A stretch of DNA of 64,000 nt from an uncultured Alphaproteobacteria bacterium (GCA_951812775.1 OX638326.1:320335-384334); one strand, 5' to 3'. Shown: positions 40,094 through 54,465, numbered from the stretch's first letter. Notes: generated by a model not told the origin, from the letters alone. A program made the numbers and translations.

Positions 40094-41476
40094 TTAAAGC
40101 AACATTGCCGGCGGATATTCAATCAAGCGTTTGATTGCACTTAAAAGTTTGGCGCCAGTAGCACCGTCAACCACTCTATGGTCACATGAGAGCGTACATG
40201 TCATGACCGTTGCAGGAACGATCTCGCCATTTTTTACCACTGGGCGGGGCTCACCTGCACCTACGGCAAGAATACACCCCTGCGGTTCATTGATTACCGC
40301 ATCGAATTGTTTAATTCCAAACATTCCAAGGTTTGAAATCGTGAAAGAGCCGCCCTGATACTCTTCCGGAGCCAATTTCCCGTCCCTCGCGCGTACAGCG
40401 AGATCTTTCATTTTTGCTGAAATTTCTGCCAACCCTTTGGATTCTGCATCAGGAATAATCGGCGTTATCAAACCTTCATCGAGCGCAACTGCGACAGATA
40501 TGTCTGCAGTTTTATAAAGCCGCATGGTTCCATCACCGACCCAACCAGCGTTGGCGTCAGGAACTTCCATCAACGCTAACGCGCATGCCCTAATGATAAA
40601 ATCATTTATGGACAGCTTCCCGTCTTCGAAACGTTCATTAAGAGAAAAGCGAACCTTGAACAATTCATCAATTTCACAATCAACGCTCAGATAGAAATGC
40701 GGAACGTTCGATTTGGAATGCACCATGCGTTCAGCGATAACTTTACGCATCGCACTCATTTGTACGACGTCGTATCGATCACTATCGGAGGCCTCTATGA
40801 TAGGAGCTGCTGCGTCCATAGCTGTCGCAGGTGCCGACTTTGCTCTTTCAACATCGGCTTTCACAATACGTCCCCCGGGCCCGGTCCCGGTAACCTTTGA
40901 AAGATCAAGGCCCGCTTCAGTGGCCAAACGGCGAGCCAACGGACTGGCAAACAAACGCCCCGTGTCTGCGGAAGATGGAGAAGCAGTCACCGGCGCAATT
41001 TTTTCGCTGCTACCGGTGAGAGCCTCAATGTCCGCACGCGTAATTTTCCCCCGTGCCCCAGTCCCGGCAACTGTCGCCAAATCAATACCGGCCTGTTCCG
41101 CTAAACGCCGCGCCAGCGGTGTTGCTTTAGGAGTATCGTTTGGCGCTGCCGCTGTTTTAGGCTGCTCATCAGCAGAAAGCGTTTCGGGAGTCGTTGCTGG
41201 AGCAGCATTTGTGTCAATATCCCCAGCGTCTTCACCGTCTTCCAACAGGTAGCCAATAATATCATTAACCGCGACATTTTCGCTGCCATCGGGGACGACG
41301 ATCTTACCCAGCGTTCCAGAATCTACGGCTTCAACCTCCATTGTTGCCTTGTCGGTTTCGATTTCCGCCAATACGTCACCCGGCTCAATAGAATCCCCTT
41401 CGGCTTTATGCCATTTGGCAAGGTTACCTTCGGTCATTGTCGGCGACAGCGCCGGCATGAGGATATTAATGGGCAT
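40094..41476 (-). CDS. pdhC: Pyruvate dehydrogenase E2
   Basis: Lipoyl ETDKA, two E3-binding domains, catalytic DHRVVDG. Confidence 0.96.
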   Translation of the reverse strand: MPINILMPALSPTMTEGNLAKWHKAEGDSIEPGDVLAEIETDKATMEVEAVDSGTLGKIVVPDGSENVAVNDIIGYLLEDGEDAGDIDTNAAPATTPETLSADEQPKTAAAPNDTPKATPLARRLAEQAGIDLATVAGTGARGKITRADIEALTGSSEKIAPVTASPSSADTGRLFASPLARRLATEAGLDLSKVTGTGPGGRIVKADVERAKSAPATAMDAAAPIIEASDSDRYDVVQMSAMRKVIAERMVHSKSNVPHFYLSVDCEIDELFKVRFSLNERFEDGKLSINDFIIRACALALMEVPDANAGWVGDGTMRLYKTADISVAVALDEGLITPIIPDAESKGLAEISAKMKDLAVRARDGKLAPEEYQGGSFTISNLGMFGIKQFDAVINEPQGCILAVGAGEPRPVVKNGEIVPATVMTCTLSCDHRVVDGATGAKLLSAIKRLIEYPPAMLL

Positions 41477-41497
41477 TCGCTAATCCAACCGTATCAA

Positions 41498-42871
41498 TCA
41501 CGGTAGCTGATGGACTTTGGCCGCAGAAACAATATTCTCGGCCTGAGGTAAAGCCAGCGCTTCTAAATTTGCCGCATAGGGCAGCGGGACATCTTCCGCC
41601 GTTACCCTGTGCACTGGTGCATCAAGCCAATCAAACGCTTTTTCCATAATCGTCGCTGAAATCTCCGCACCCACACCAGAGAACGGCCACCCCTCTTCAA
41701 CTGAAACTAACCGGTTGGTCTTTTGCACTGAATTTACGATGGTTTCGCTATCTAACGGGCGGATCGTTCGAAGATCAATGACCTCCGCTTCAATGCCCTC
41801 CGCAGCAAGTACATCAGCGGCCTCTAAAGCTTTGCCGACCATGATAGAGAAAGCCGTAATCGTAACATCACTACCCTCTCGAACCACTTTCGCTTTACCG
41901 ATTGGAACAACCCAGTCAGGGTCAGTCGGCACATCAAACGTGCCGCCATATAGTAATTCATTCTCTAAAAAAATTATAGGATTGGGGTCTCTTATTGCAG
42001 ACTTCAATAGCCCTTTCGAGTCCGCTGCACTCCATGGAGAAACAACTTTTAAACCCGGAATATGCGCATACCAACTTGCAAAACACTGAGAATGTTGGGC
42101 CCCAACACGAGCTGCAGCACCGTTTGGTCCACGGAAAACAATTGGGCAGCCCATCTGGCCACCAGACATGTAATTGGTTTTGGCTGCTGAATTAATAAGC
42201 TGATCCATGGCCTGCATCGCGAAATTGAAGGTCATAAATTCGACGATTGGTCGCAGGCCTAAAAAGGCTGCGCCGATACCAACACCAGTAAACCCATGCT
42301 CGGTAATGGGGGTATCAATTACCCGCTTATCCCCAAACTCATCAAGAAGCCCCTGACTTACCTTGTACGCGCCCTGATATTCTGCGACTTCCTCTCCCAT
42401 CAGGAAAACCCGATCATCTGCGCGCATTTCCTCAGCCATCGCATTGCGCAGAGCCTCCCGAACGGTCATATGCTCCGTCGCACCGGTATAATCGAGTTCA
42501 ACGACTGGTTTTGCCTGAGGAAGTTCAGGTTGAATGGCTTTTGATTCCGCGACGGACCCCGGCGCATCGGACGGTGTCGGCGTTGTTTTCGTCGTCGCCG
42601 CACTAACCTCGATCACTGTGGCATCTTCTCCATCGGCAATTATGACACCAATGATGTCATTTACCTTCACACTCTCGGTACCGTCCGGAATCAGTATCTT
42701 ACCCAAGGTTCCTTCATCGACAGCTTCAACTTCCATTGTTGCCTTGTCTGTTTCGATCTCTGCCAGGATATCGCCCGGTTCAACAGAATCCCCTTCCTGC
42801 TTGTGCCACTTGGCAAGGTTACCTTCCGTCATCGTGGGCGAAAGTGCGGGCATCAAAATATTCGTTGGCAT
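41498..42871 (-). CDS. pdhB: Pyruvate dehydrogenase E1 beta with N-terminal lipoyl domain
   Basis: ETDKA lipoyl domain, [14 protein letters not shown]; last few codons may be frameshifted. Confidence 0.96.
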   Translation of the reverse strand: MPTNILMPALSPTMTEGNLAKWHKQEGDSVEPGDILAEIETDKATMEVEAVDEGTLGKILIPDGTESVKVNDIIGVIIADGEDATVIEVSAATTKTTPTPSDAPGSVAESKAIQPELPQAKPVVELDYTGATEHMTVREALRNAMAEEMRADDRVFLMGEEVAEYQGAYKVSQGLLDEFGDKRVIDTPITEHGFTGVGIGAAFLGLRPIVEFMTFNFAMQAMDQLINSAAKTNYMSGGQMGCPIVFRGPNGAAARVGAQHSQCFASWYAHIPGLKVVSPWSAADSKGLLKSAIRDPNPIIFLENELLYGGTFDVPTDPDWVVPIGKAKVVREGSDVTITAFSIMVGKALEAADVLAAEGIEAEVIDLRTIRPLDSETIVNSVQKTNRLVSVEEGWPFSGVGAEISATIMEKAFDWLDAPVHRVTAEDVPLPYAANLEALALPQAENIVSAAKVHQLP

Positions 42872-42888
42872 TTTCCGCAACCTTCCTT

Positions 42889-43953
42889 CTATGCGTCGAC
42901 CAAGACATCGGTATAGAGTTCCGATGGGTCTGGTTCCGGACTTGTTTGGGCGAATTCAACTGCCTCAGAAACAATTTCCCGAATTTCTTTATCAATTTTT
43001 TTCAGGTCGTCTTCGGTAATCAGCTTCTGCTTAATCAAACGGCTCTGGAGATTGGTTATCGGGTCCTGTTCTTCCCTGACCTGTGCAACTTCCTCTTTGC
43101 TTCGATAGTTGGCAGGATCTGACATCGAATGTCCCCGGTATCGATAAGTCATCATCTCCAGGATCACAGGACCATCTCCTGACCGACATTTCGACGCGGC
43201 CATTTCACCAGCCTCCTTGACCGCCTCAACATCCATACCATCTACCTGGACACCAAATATTCCGCGGCCAGCACCGAGTTGGGACAGGTCTTCTGCCGCT
43301 GACGATCGTTCTACGGATGTGCCCATGCCATATCTATTGTTTTCGATGACATAAATTACGGGAAGGTTCCAAAGAGCCGCCATGTTAAAAGACTCATGAA
43401 CCTGACCTTGGTTCGACGCCCCGTCGCCGAAATAGGCAAGCGTAATCGTTCCATCGTCTTTGTAACGCTGAGCGAAAGCTAATCCCGTTCCAATCGAAAC
43501 CTGGGCGCCGACAATTCCGTGACCACCAAAAAAATTCTTTTCCGTGCTGAACATATGCATAGACCCCCCCTTACCACGGGAATATCCACCACTCCGCCCG
43601 GTCAGTTCGGCCATAACTCCTTTGGGATCCATACCACAGGCAAGCATATGGCCATGATCGCGATAGCTCGTAATGAGCGCATCAGCTTCGGTAATCGACG
43701 CCTGCATCCCAACGACAACCGCTTCCTGCCCTATATACAGGTGACAAAAACCGCCAATTAATCCCATGCCATAGAGTTGCCCAGCCCGCTCTTCAAATCG
43801 GCGTATAAGGAGCATGTCTCGATACATCGACAGTAACTCATCAGGACTACTCTGAGATTTTCCCGCGCCGTTTCCGCTTACTTTTCGTGACTTGGCAGCA
43901 GGCTTTTTGGTTTTTGATGCTTTTGAAGCAGCTGGTTTGCGTTTAGTTGCCAT
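42889..43953 (-). CDS. pdhA: Pyruvate dehydrogenase E1 alpha
   Basis: [14 protein letters not shown]...[13 protein letters not shown]. Confidence 0.97.
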   Translation of the reverse strand: MATKRKPAASKASKTKKPAAKSRKVSGNGAGKSQSSPDELLSMYRDMLLIRRFEERAGQLYGMGLIGGFCHLYIGQEAVVVGMQASITEADALITSYRDHGHMLACGMDPKGVMAELTGRSGGYSRGKGGSMHMFSTEKNFFGGHGIVGAQVSIGTGLAFAQRYKDDGTITLAYFGDGASNQGQVHESFNMAALWNLPVIYVIENNRYGMGTSVERSSAAEDLSQLGAGRGIFGVQVDGMDVEAVKEAGEMAASKCRSGDGPVILEMMTYRYRGHSMSDPANYRSKEEVAQVREEQDPITNLQSRLIKQKLITEDDLKKIDKEIREIVSEAVEFAQTSPEPDPSELYTDVLVDA

Positions 43954-44161
43954 ATATTACGCCTCGCAATGGGAATGCCGAAACGGCCTCATATATCCCG
44001 AAAATTAACCATAACGAGGTTATACAAAACCAGTGCACACGCAATATTAGCGTGAGTAAGTTTATGTTCTTTTGACAGAACGAATTGAAAGAAAAATTAA
44101 GATGACGAAGAGAATTCGATAGAATCTGAAATTCGCCGAAATTCAGCGCAAGACTGGTTGA

Positions 44162-44491
44162 TCAGCGGTCGGGTTTTTGGTCCGCTGAAATTACCAAAAT
44201 TTCATCCTTTTTTAGAAATCCTGTAACCAACCGAACACGTTCATCAAGCATGTCCCTATTCATCGCATCGCTACGCAGTAATGCGATCCGGCGCTCCCAA
44301 TTCAACCGCTTTTCCAATGAAATAGAGTGTTCCACGTCAGCAGTTGCGATCTGTTGACGAATTTGCAGCCATGCAAGCAATCCACGGTTCCCCTGGATGG
44401 CATGCATGACAAAGTACGCAAATAATAACGCTCCAAGAATAGAGCCTGCGATATGTCGCCCCCGGCGGCGGATTTCCAAAACTACTGACAT
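44162..44491 (-). CDS. ftsB: Septum formation initiator FtsB/DivIC
   Basis: TM + GNRGL + coiled coil + DMLDERVR; located between eno and pdhA. Confidence 0.85.
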   Translation of the reverse strand: MSVVLEIRRRGRHIAGSILGALLFAYFVMHAIQGNRGLLAWLQIRQQIATADVEHSISLEKRLNWERRIALLRSDAMNRDMLDERVRLVTGFLKKDEILVISADQKPDR

Positions 44492-44614
44492 GACCGAATC
44501 GAATCACAAACCGATTCGTCAGGTCAAGGAAATATTCAAAAAGAGTCTGAAAAAACCTTAGGTTATGACAAAATGTTGCAAAAAAGAATCAGTTTGACTC
44601 TTGGGAATCATGTA

Positions 44615-45910
<1,296 letters not shown>

Positions 45911-45915
45911 TCAAA

Positions 45916-46749
45916 TTAGTGGTTAGATTTTGCAACCTGATCAAAGGCCATTAAATTCCTGAGCAAAGTTTCCATCTGATCTAATGGCACCATATTGGGA
46001 CCATCGCTAGGCGCACTGTCAGGCTCTTGATGGGTCTCTATAAAAACAGCAGCAACACCGATGGCAACCGCGGCACGCGCCAAAACCGGTACAAACTCGC
46101 GCTGTCCACCACTTGCAGTACCTTTACCACCGGGTTGTTGAACAGAATGAGTGGCATCAAATACAACCGGACAACCGGTTTCAGCCATGGTGGGCAATGA
46201 TCTCATATCTGACACCAGCGTGTTATATCCGAAGCTCGTGCCACGTTCGCAGACCATGACATTGTCATTTCCGCTTTCGATCGCTTTCGCGACAACGTTG
46301 TCCATATCCCACGGAGCCAGGAACTGTCCTTTCTTGATATTGAGTGCTTTTCCGGTTTTTGCCGCCGCGACAATTAAATCTGTCTGACGACACAAAAAGG
46401 CCGGTATCTGAAGCACGTCCACCGCTTCTGCAACTGGCTTACAATCCTCGGGAAGATGAACATCGGTAACGACAGGACACCCATATGTCTCGCGGACCTC
46501 GGCGAGGATAGGAAGCCCGTCTTCCATGCCAATGCCGCGATTACTTTTTAACGACGTCCGATTGGCCTTATCGAAAGAGGTTTTATAAACCAAACCAATG
46601 CCAAGCTTCTCAGTCAACTCAACCAATGCATGGGACATTTCGAGTGCGTGGTTTCTGCCCTCGAGCGCGCAGGGTCCAGCAATCAATGCCAAAGGCAAAT
46701 CGTTGCCAACGGTTAAATTTCCAATCGATAGGTGGCGAGGAGGAGCCAT
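45916..46749 (-). CDS. kdsA: KDO 8-phosphate synthase
   Basis: [30 protein letters not shown]; start uncertain (46749 or 46761). Confidence 0.97.
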   Translation of the reverse strand: MAPPRHLSIGNLTVGNDLPLALIAGPCALEGRNHALEMSHALVELTEKLGIGLVYKTSFDKANRTSLKSNRGIGMEDGLPILAEVRETYGCPVVTDVHLPEDCKPVAEAVDVLQIPAFLCRQTDLIVAAAKTGKALNIKKGQFLAPWDMDNVVAKAIESGNDNVMVCERGTSFGYNTLVSDMRSLPTMAETGCPVVFDATHSVQQPGGKGTASGGQREFVPVLARAAVAIGVAAVFIETHQEPDSAPSDGPNMVPLDQMETLLRNLMAFDQVAKSNH

Positions 46750-46794
46750 AGCCGAATTCACCAGAGTAAGACGAGAAGCTTTACCGCTTTTCTA

Positions 46795-48447
<1,653 letters not shown>

Positions 48448-48464
48448 TCAATTAGCCCAATGGC

Positions 48465-48491
48465 AAAGAGACGGCAGAAATGCCGCCTCTT
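48465..48491 (-). terminator. Hairpin after secG (probable terminator)
   Basis: Minus strand AAGAGGCGGCA-TTTC-TGCCGTCTCTTT. Confidence 0.55.
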
Positions 48492-48512
48492 AGAGAGTGA
48501 TTCGGCTTTTGC

Positions 48513-48830
48513 CTATTTTGCGAGAGGAACTGTCGGTCCTGTTGGTTTCGCAGGAACAGTCTTTTCAACGGGCTGATCGACAATCGATCGAGCAGGACCG
48601 CTACCGGTATTACCGGCCAAAATAGCAAGCATTAGACTCGTCGCGATAAAACAGGCAGCAATAATGCCTGTGGCCTTAGTCAACAGATTGCCTGAACCAC
48701 GAGCGGAAACCAGACCACCCATTGTTCCACCCCCTATTCCAAGGGCGCCGCCTTCGCTCTTTTGCAGCAACACAACAATCACTAAAGCGATTGCCAAAAA
48801 TAAATGTATTAACAGTAGTACCGTTTCCAA
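48513..48830 (-). CDS. secG: Preprotein translocase SecG
   Basis: VLLQKSEGGALG...RGSGNLLTKAT, two TM segments. Confidence 0.95.
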   Translation of the reverse strand: METVLLLIHLFLAIALVIVVLLQKSEGGALGIGGGTMGGLVSARGSGNLLTKATGIIAACFIATSLMLAILAGNTGSGPARSIVDQPVEKTVPAKPTGPTVPLAK

Positions 48831-48957
48831 AGGACTGCCCTTCCCTGGACCGAAATTGACTTACCCTAAACAATATAGGTAATGCGAGCGCTTCTTTTAA
48901 TCCTGCAAGGGGTACTTTGACCAGCGGAATTTATGACTGTTAAAGTCACAATTGATT

Positions 48958-49707
48958 TTACACGCTTGTACAGATTGCCCAAAAATCCTCAACTTTGAGG
49001 CTTGCGCCGCCAACCAACCCTCCGTTTACGTTTTCTACAGCTAATATCTCTCGGGCATTTCCTGGATTCATTGATCCGCCATATAGAAGTCGGAATTCTT
49101 CACCATCTGTAAAACTAGCTGTTAAGAGCCCACAAATATGGTCATGTACCTCAGCAATTTGCTCGATTGTCGGCGTCAAACCAGTGCCGATTGCCCAAAC
49201 TGGTTCATAGGCAACGACAGTATTCTTCGCGGTTGCATTGTCTGGAACCGCGTTGGTGACCTGATTTTCTACAATTGAGAGTGTTTTCTCTGCATTTCGC
49301 TGCTCAAGGGTTTCTCCGACACAAACCACTACCGTAAGCCCATTTGAAATTGCGGCTTTTGCCTTTGACGCAATTAGCTCGTCATTTTCATGATGGTTAG
49401 CGCGACGTTCCGAATGACCAACAATGACAAATTCACATCCCGCATCGGCAAGCATCGTAGCACTCACATCACCGGTATGCGCCCCAGCGGTTTCCGAATG
49501 GCAATCCTGACCGCCAAGGGCAATTGGGGAGTTTTCGATTAAATCTCCAACCGGACGTATCGATACAAAGGGAGGGCAAACAAGCATGTCGCACCCCGGG
49601 TCCTGTTCTGCTCTTTGCTCCATCAGCCCTGCAACCAATGTTGCCGCCTCCGAACGCAAGTTGTTCATTTTCCAATTACCGGCAATTAAGGGTCTCATCG
49701 CAATCAC
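48958..49707 (-). CDS. tpiA: Triosephosphate isomerase
   Basis: AGNWKMN, GHSERR, AYEPVWAIGTG, YGGS. Confidence 0.98.
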   Translation of the reverse strand: MIAMRPLIAGNWKMNNLRSEAATLVAGLMEQRAEQDPGCDMLVCPPFVSIRPVGDLIENSPIALGGQDCHSETAGAHTGDVSATMLADAGCEFVIVGHSERRANHHENDELIASKAKAAISNGLTVVVCVGETLEQRNAEKTLSIVENQVTNAVPDNATAKNTVVAYEPVWAIGTGLTPTIEQIAEVHDHICGLLTASFTDGEEFRLLYGGSMNPGNAREILAVENVNGGLVGGASLKVEDFWAICTSV

Positions 49708-49881
49708 GCCTTCCTAAATTTCGGAATTATAACTTTGCTATTTATCATATGCAGCAGGAGGCACCAAGCAGCGGGAATAAAAGGACTTATTGTTTATTGC
49801 AGCACCAGTCCCCACTTCCTATTATGCGCGCCACATTGAGTGGGTGTAGGGCTCACAAAAGTACATCAGCAAGGCGTCAAT

Positions 49882-51774
49882 ATGATTGAGCAAATGCGTA
49901 GCAAGGCAGTCTCATGGATTGCCAAAATTCTAGCGGGGCTATTGATCCTATCGTTTGCCGTTTGGGGCATTGGCGACGTTGTACGTGGGCCGGTCATCGG
50001 AGACGTTGTCGCCAAAGTTGGCGGCACTGAAATCAGCCGCAACGAACTCAGTAATCAAGTAAGGCGGTTATTGTCCGTCATGCGCCGGCAATTAGGCGGA
50101 AATTTTGATGCCCAGCAAGCGACACAGCTTGGCCTGATAGATCAGACTGTCGATCAGCTGGTGAACTCCCGATTGCTGACGCTTGAATCACAAAATCTCG
50201 GCCTGGGTGCTGGAGAAGACCTGATTAGGCAAACAATTTTAAATGACAATCGCTTCCACACCGCTGGCGGACAATTTGACCGCGTCGCATTCCAGCGCTT
50301 TCTTCAAACCGAAGATTTGTCCGAACCAAGATATGTTGAGTTATTGCGGCAAGAAATCACCCAAAGCCAGGTCACTGGTGCGCTCAGAACCTCAGCTCAT
50401 GTGCCAAAAGCTTTGTTAAATACCGTCTATAAGTATCGCAACGAACAACGCGTCGCTGACATTGTAAAAATTCCGTATGGAAAAGCAGCTGAAATACGCG
50501 CCCCAAAAGAAGCAGAGCTTGTCGAGTTTCATAAGAAAAACCCTGCACGTTTCACGGCGCCCGAATATCGACAAGTCACTGCAATTTTTCTCGACCCGGT
50601 CGAAGTTGCAAAAGAACTGACGCCTTCAGCAGATCAAATTAAACAAGAATATGAATATCGCAAAGAAACCCAAACAGTTCCGGAACGACGGGCGCTAGAA
50701 CAGGTTCTTTTCCAGGACGAAGCAAAAGCTCAATCATTCGCTAACCTCACCAAGACCGGTCGAGCATTCGACGTTGCTGCAAAGGAAATCTCGAATGCTA
50801 CTCCCAACGACCTTGGCAATCTGAGAAAACAGGATTTGCCACCTGAAGTCGGAGAAGCCGTATTTAAGCTTTCTGTCAACGGAGTAACAGCTCCGATAAA
50901 GACGGCATTAGGGTGGCATGTCGTCCATGTGAAAAAAATAGAACCAGGCAGAACTCCCACATTTGATTCATTGAAAACTGAAATCAAAAACGATCTCGCA
51001 CGGGAAATGGCTGTCGACAATATTGTGAAGTTGACGGGCAAGTTAGACGATGCACTCGCTGGCGGCGCAAGCTTGGAAGATGCTGCTGCTACCGTGTCTG
51101 CGAAGGTTCTGAAATTTGCAGCGGTGGATTCAACAGGTAATAGCCCAGATGGAAAACCCGCCGCTGGCCTACCAAAATCTCCGCTATTCGTCGAAAAAAT
51201 AGCCACGACGCCCAAAGGCGAGACGACAAACGTGGAAGAAACTCAGAATGGTGGTTTCTTTGTTTTGAAGGTCGAGTCCATAACGCCACCAAAACTTAAG
51301 CCACTTAGCGCTGTTCGCAATGAAATAGTCGATATTTGGAAACAAAGCCAAGTACGCGGTGAAACAAAGAAGAAAGCAGAAACACTTCAAAAAGCGACAC
51401 AAAACAGTGTTGGCCTAAATGCTGCCGGCAAAACCGGTGGTTATTTGGTAAAGACCAGCAAGCCAGCGTCCAGGTTTATCAAACCACAAGGGTCAATAGT
51501 GTCTGACTCACTTCTGAGCGCTCTTTTCAAAGCCAAAAAGGGCGAAGTCGTAATTGCGGCCTCAAATGAAGGGTACTCTGTAGCCCAAATAAAGCAGATC
51601 ATTGACGCGGAACCAGGCAAGAACAAGGCTGAAGCCGACTCTCTATCGACGCAACTGAGTAACGTCGTCTCGGCTGATGCAATTGCCCAATATTTGGCTG
51701 CTCTTAGAACAACCTACCCGGTTTCCATAGACCGAAACGCAGTAAACCTGGCGGTAACAGGCCGCGCTTACTGA
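49882..51774 (+). CDS. ppiD: PpiD/SurA N-terminal domain peptidyl-prolyl isomerase chaperone
   Basis: ILSFAVWGIGD N-terminal anchor and rotamase domain; divergent from tpiA, upstream of trpE. Confidence 0.85.
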   Translation: MIEQMRSKAVSWIAKILAGLLILSFAVWGIGDVVRGPVIGDVVAKVGGTEISRNELSNQVRRLLSVMRRQLGGNFDAQQATQLGLIDQTVDQLVNSRLLTLESQNLGLGAGEDLIRQTILNDNRFHTAGGQFDRVAFQRFLQTEDLSEPRYVELLRQEITQSQVTGALRTSAHVPKALLNTVYKYRNEQRVADIVKIPYGKAAEIRAPKEAELVEFHKKNPARFTAPEYRQVTAIFLDPVEVAKELTPSADQIKQEYEYRKETQTVPERRALEQVLFQDEAKAQSFANLTKTGRAFDVAAKEISNATPNDLGNLRKQDLPPEVGEAVFKLSVNGVTAPIKTALGWHVVHVKKIEPGRTPTFDSLKTEIKNDLAREMAVDNIVKLTGKLDDALAGGASLEDAAATVSAKVLKFAAVDSTGNSPDGKPAAGLPKSPLFVEKIATTPKGETTNVEETQNGGFFVLKVESITPPKLKPLSAVRNEIVDIWKQSQVRGETKKKAETLQKATQNSVGLNAAGKTGGYLVKTSKPASRFIKPQGSIVSDSLLSALFKAKKGEVVIAASNEGYSVAQIKQIIDAEPGKNKAEADSLSTQLSNVVSADAIAQYLAALRTTYPVSIDRNAVNLAVTGRAY

Positions 51775-53288
51775 TGATCATCGAGCCTTCTTACGAGGCC
51801 TTTGAGGAAAAGTACCTTTCAGGTCAGGCCCAAGTTGCCTGGACAACTCTGGTCGCCGATTTAGAAACACCCATTTCAGCGATGCTCAAAATAGCTGAAG
51901 ATCTGCCGAACAGTTTTCTCCTGGAATCTGTCGAAGGTGGCGCCAACCGAGGTAGATATTCCATCATTGGCTTACGACCAGATGTTATTTGGCGGTGTGA
52001 CGGCAACAAGGCGGAGATCAATCACGCGGCGACGACCGATGACGGAACATTCGTCCCTAGCGACTTAGGTGCATTGGAGTCACTTCGGCAGCTCGTAGAT
52101 GCTTCCCGCATCGACCTCCCAGAACACTTGCCGCCGATGGCAGCAGGGCTCGTTGGCTATCTTGCTTATGACACTGTCGCGTTGATGGAAAACATTCCTT
52201 CAACCCGACCGGATGGGCTCGGTACACCGGACGGCTTATTTATTCGCCCGACAATCATGGCGATTTTCGATTTAGTCAAAGACACCGTCACAGTGGTCAC
52301 ACCAATCAGGTACGAAGCTTCGGTTTCCGCTCAGGACGCTTTTGATGCCACCCGTAGTCGGCTGCAAAATGTTGTAATAGATTTCGATAACAAACTCCCT
52401 CACCAACAGGCGGGATTAGGGGCAGCGTCGCTCGCAGTTCCGGTATCGAATACGTCCGTTGAACGTTTCAAAGAAATCGTGCGCAAAGCAAAAGAGTATG
52501 TTTATGCTGGCGACATATTTCAGGTAGTTCTCTCGCAACGTTTTAGCATTCCATTTAAGCTCCCACCCTTCTCGCTTTATCGTGCCTTGCGCCGGACGAA
52601 CCCATCGCCTTTCCTGTTTTTCCTAAACTTTGGAGATTTCTCAGTTGTCGGATCAAGTCCGGAAATTCTCGTCCGCTTACGCGATGGTAAAGTGACATTG
52701 CGGCCGCTCGCCGGTACTCGGCCGAGAGGCGCAACGGCTGCAGAAGACAATGCCCTTGCCCAAGAACTACTCGCGGACGAAAAAGAATGTGCTGAGCACC
52801 TTATGCTGCTCGACCTAGGCCGTAACGATGTCGGACGTGTCGCAAAGGTTGGGAGCGTCACCGTCACAGAAAAAATGGTTATAGAACGCTATTCACATGT
52901 CATGCATATCGTCTCAAATGTTGAAGGTGAGATCGACGCGAAGCATGACGCTATGGATGCGCTGGCAGGTGGTTTTCCTGCCGGCACAGTGTCAGGTGCC
53001 CCTAAAATTCGGGCGATGGAAATTATCGACGAACTCGAGACAGAAAAGCGCGGAATTTACGCTGGAACTGTAGGCTACTTTTCTGCAAACGGTTCCATGG
53101 ATACTTGCATCGTATTACGTACGGCCGTTGTCAAAGACGGTACAATGTATGTTCAATCAGGCGCCGGAATCGTCGCTGATAGCGATCCCGATAGCGAACA
53201 TCAGGAGTGCATCAACAAAGCACAGGCTCTGGTTCGCGCAGCGGAAGAAGCGGTTCGTTACGCCGGAGAGTCGGGCAACCAGCTCTGA
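51774..53288 (+). CDS. trpE: Anthranilate synthase component I
   Basis: LLESVEGG, GDIFQVVLSQR, SSPE, EHLMLLDLGRND, GTVSGAPK. Confidence 0.97.
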   Translation: MIIEPSYEAFEEKYLSGQAQVAWTTLVADLETPISAMLKIAEDLPNSFLLESVEGGANRGRYSIIGLRPDVIWRCDGNKAEINHAATTDDGTFVPSDLGALESLRQLVDASRIDLPEHLPPMAAGLVGYLAYDTVALMENIPSTRPDGLGTPDGLFIRPTIMAIFDLVKDTVTVVTPIRYEASVSAQDAFDATRSRLQNVVIDFDNKLPHQQAGLGAASLAVPVSNTSVERFKEIVRKAKEYVYAGDIFQVVLSQRFSIPFKLPPFSLYRALRRTNPSPFLFFLNFGDFSVVGSSPEILVRLRDGKVTLRPLAGTRPRGATAAEDNALAQELLADEKECAEHLMLLDLGRNDVGRVAKVGSVTVTEKMVIERYSHVMHIVSNVEGEIDAKHDAMDALAGGFPAGTVSGAPKIRAMEIIDELETEKRGIYAGTVGYFSANGSMDTCIVLRTAVVKDGTMYVQSGAGIVADSDPDSEHQECINKAQALVRAAEEAVRYAGESGNQL

Positions 53289-53764
53289 TCCACGAGAACA
53301 ATGGACTTTCGGGCCTGACGTTCCGGTACCGACCAATATTTTTTAAGCAGTTTGGATGTTTCATTGGGGCACAGCTTCCTGAATCCGTGTTTTTCATAAA
53401 ACTCGATTGCCCAGATAGCCGCCGCCCAGGTACCAACCAGAATGGGCATAGTTGTTCTTTTCTGGAGCTCCGAAATAAGGTTTGAGCCGATCCCCCCTCG
53501 CCTCGACCGAGTTCTCACATAAGCGTGTCGGATCAGTAATACATCCTGAATTGGTTGAGCCCCCATGACGCCCGCTATTTCACCTTCCTCATCGAGGCTA
53601 ACGCTAAAGGATACACCAGAATCAATCTCGGCAAGGAGCTCTTCAGCAGACATATAAGGATCCCGCCAACAATCGTCTGGGATCACGCCTTTGTAGGCCA
53701 CCGCCGCATCATTAATAATAGCGAGAAGTTCGCCGAAATTTTCCGGCCAATACTCTTTGATCAT
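53258..53764 (-). CDS. GNAT family N-acetyltransferase
   Basis: RHAYV...RRGGIGS (motif A), AIEFYEKHGF (motif B). Confidence 0.88.
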   Translation of the reverse strand: MIKEYWPENFGELLAIINDAAVAYKGVIPDDCWRDPYMSAEELLAEIDSGVSFSVSLDEEGEIAGVMGAQPIQDVLLIRHAYVRTRSRRGGIGSNLISELQKRTTMPILVGTWAAAIWAIEFYEKHGFRKLCPNETSKLLKKYWSVPERQARKSIVLVDQSWLPDSPA

Positions 53765-53877
53765 CTCTTAATTCACCCGCCCCCTTACCTGTTACTCTAC
53801 TTCTGCCTTCTTTCACTGCCATTTCAGACCTGTTATAAGATTTTAATCGGCACCAGGTCTCATGTTAAGTATTTGAA

Positions 53878-54465
53878 ATGCTGCTCTTAATAGACAATTA
53901 CGACAGCTTTACCTACAACTTGGTTCACTATCTCGGTGAACTGGGTGCCGAAACCGCTGTATTTCGGAATGATGCCCTCACCGCAGAGGATGCATTGGCG
54001 ATGGACCCGGAAGCCATTGTTTTGTCCCCAGGGCCCTGCGACCCTGACCAAGCTGGAATTTGTGTGGACCTTATAAAAATGGCAAAAGGCAACATTCCTA
54101 CTCTCGGCGTCTGCCTCGGCCATCAATCAATCGCACAAGCTTTCGGTGCTGAAATTGTCAGAGCGGGCAAACCTGTTCATGGAAAACCGAGCAAAATAAA
54201 ACACGATGGAAAAGGACTATTCCATGAGCTACCCAAAGACTTTGAAGCAATTCGGTACCATTCCCTAACCGTAGACCCAAACTCAGTGCCTGACATTCTG
54301 ACCGTCAATGCTAAAACCAATGATGACGTGATAATGGGTATTTCCCATAAGGAGTGGCCAATTTATGGCGTCCAATTTCATCCAGAGAGTATCGATACAG
54401 AGCACGGACATACTATTTTGGGTAATTTTCTTAACCTGTCCCGACAATGGAGGAGCGCGGCATGA
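53878..54465 (+). CDS. trpG: Anthranilate synthase component II
   Basis: IDNYDSFTYN, SPGP, GVCLGHQ, QFHPES. Confidence 0.96.
   Translation: MLLLIDNYDSFTYNLVHYLGELGAETAVFRNDALTAEDALAMDPEAIVLSPGPCDPDQAGICVDLIKMAKGNIPTLGVCLGHQSIAQAFGAEIVRAGKPVHGKPSKIKHDGKGLFHELPKDFEAIRYHSLTVDPNSVPDILTVNAKTNDDVIMGISHKEWPIYGVQFHPESIDTEHGHTILGNFLNLSRQWRSAA

Noticed and set aside
41340..42871. Similar DNA at the pdhB and pdhC 5' ends
   Set aside because: Homologous lipoyl domains, a known feature of alphaproteobacterial PDH, not a mobile repeat.
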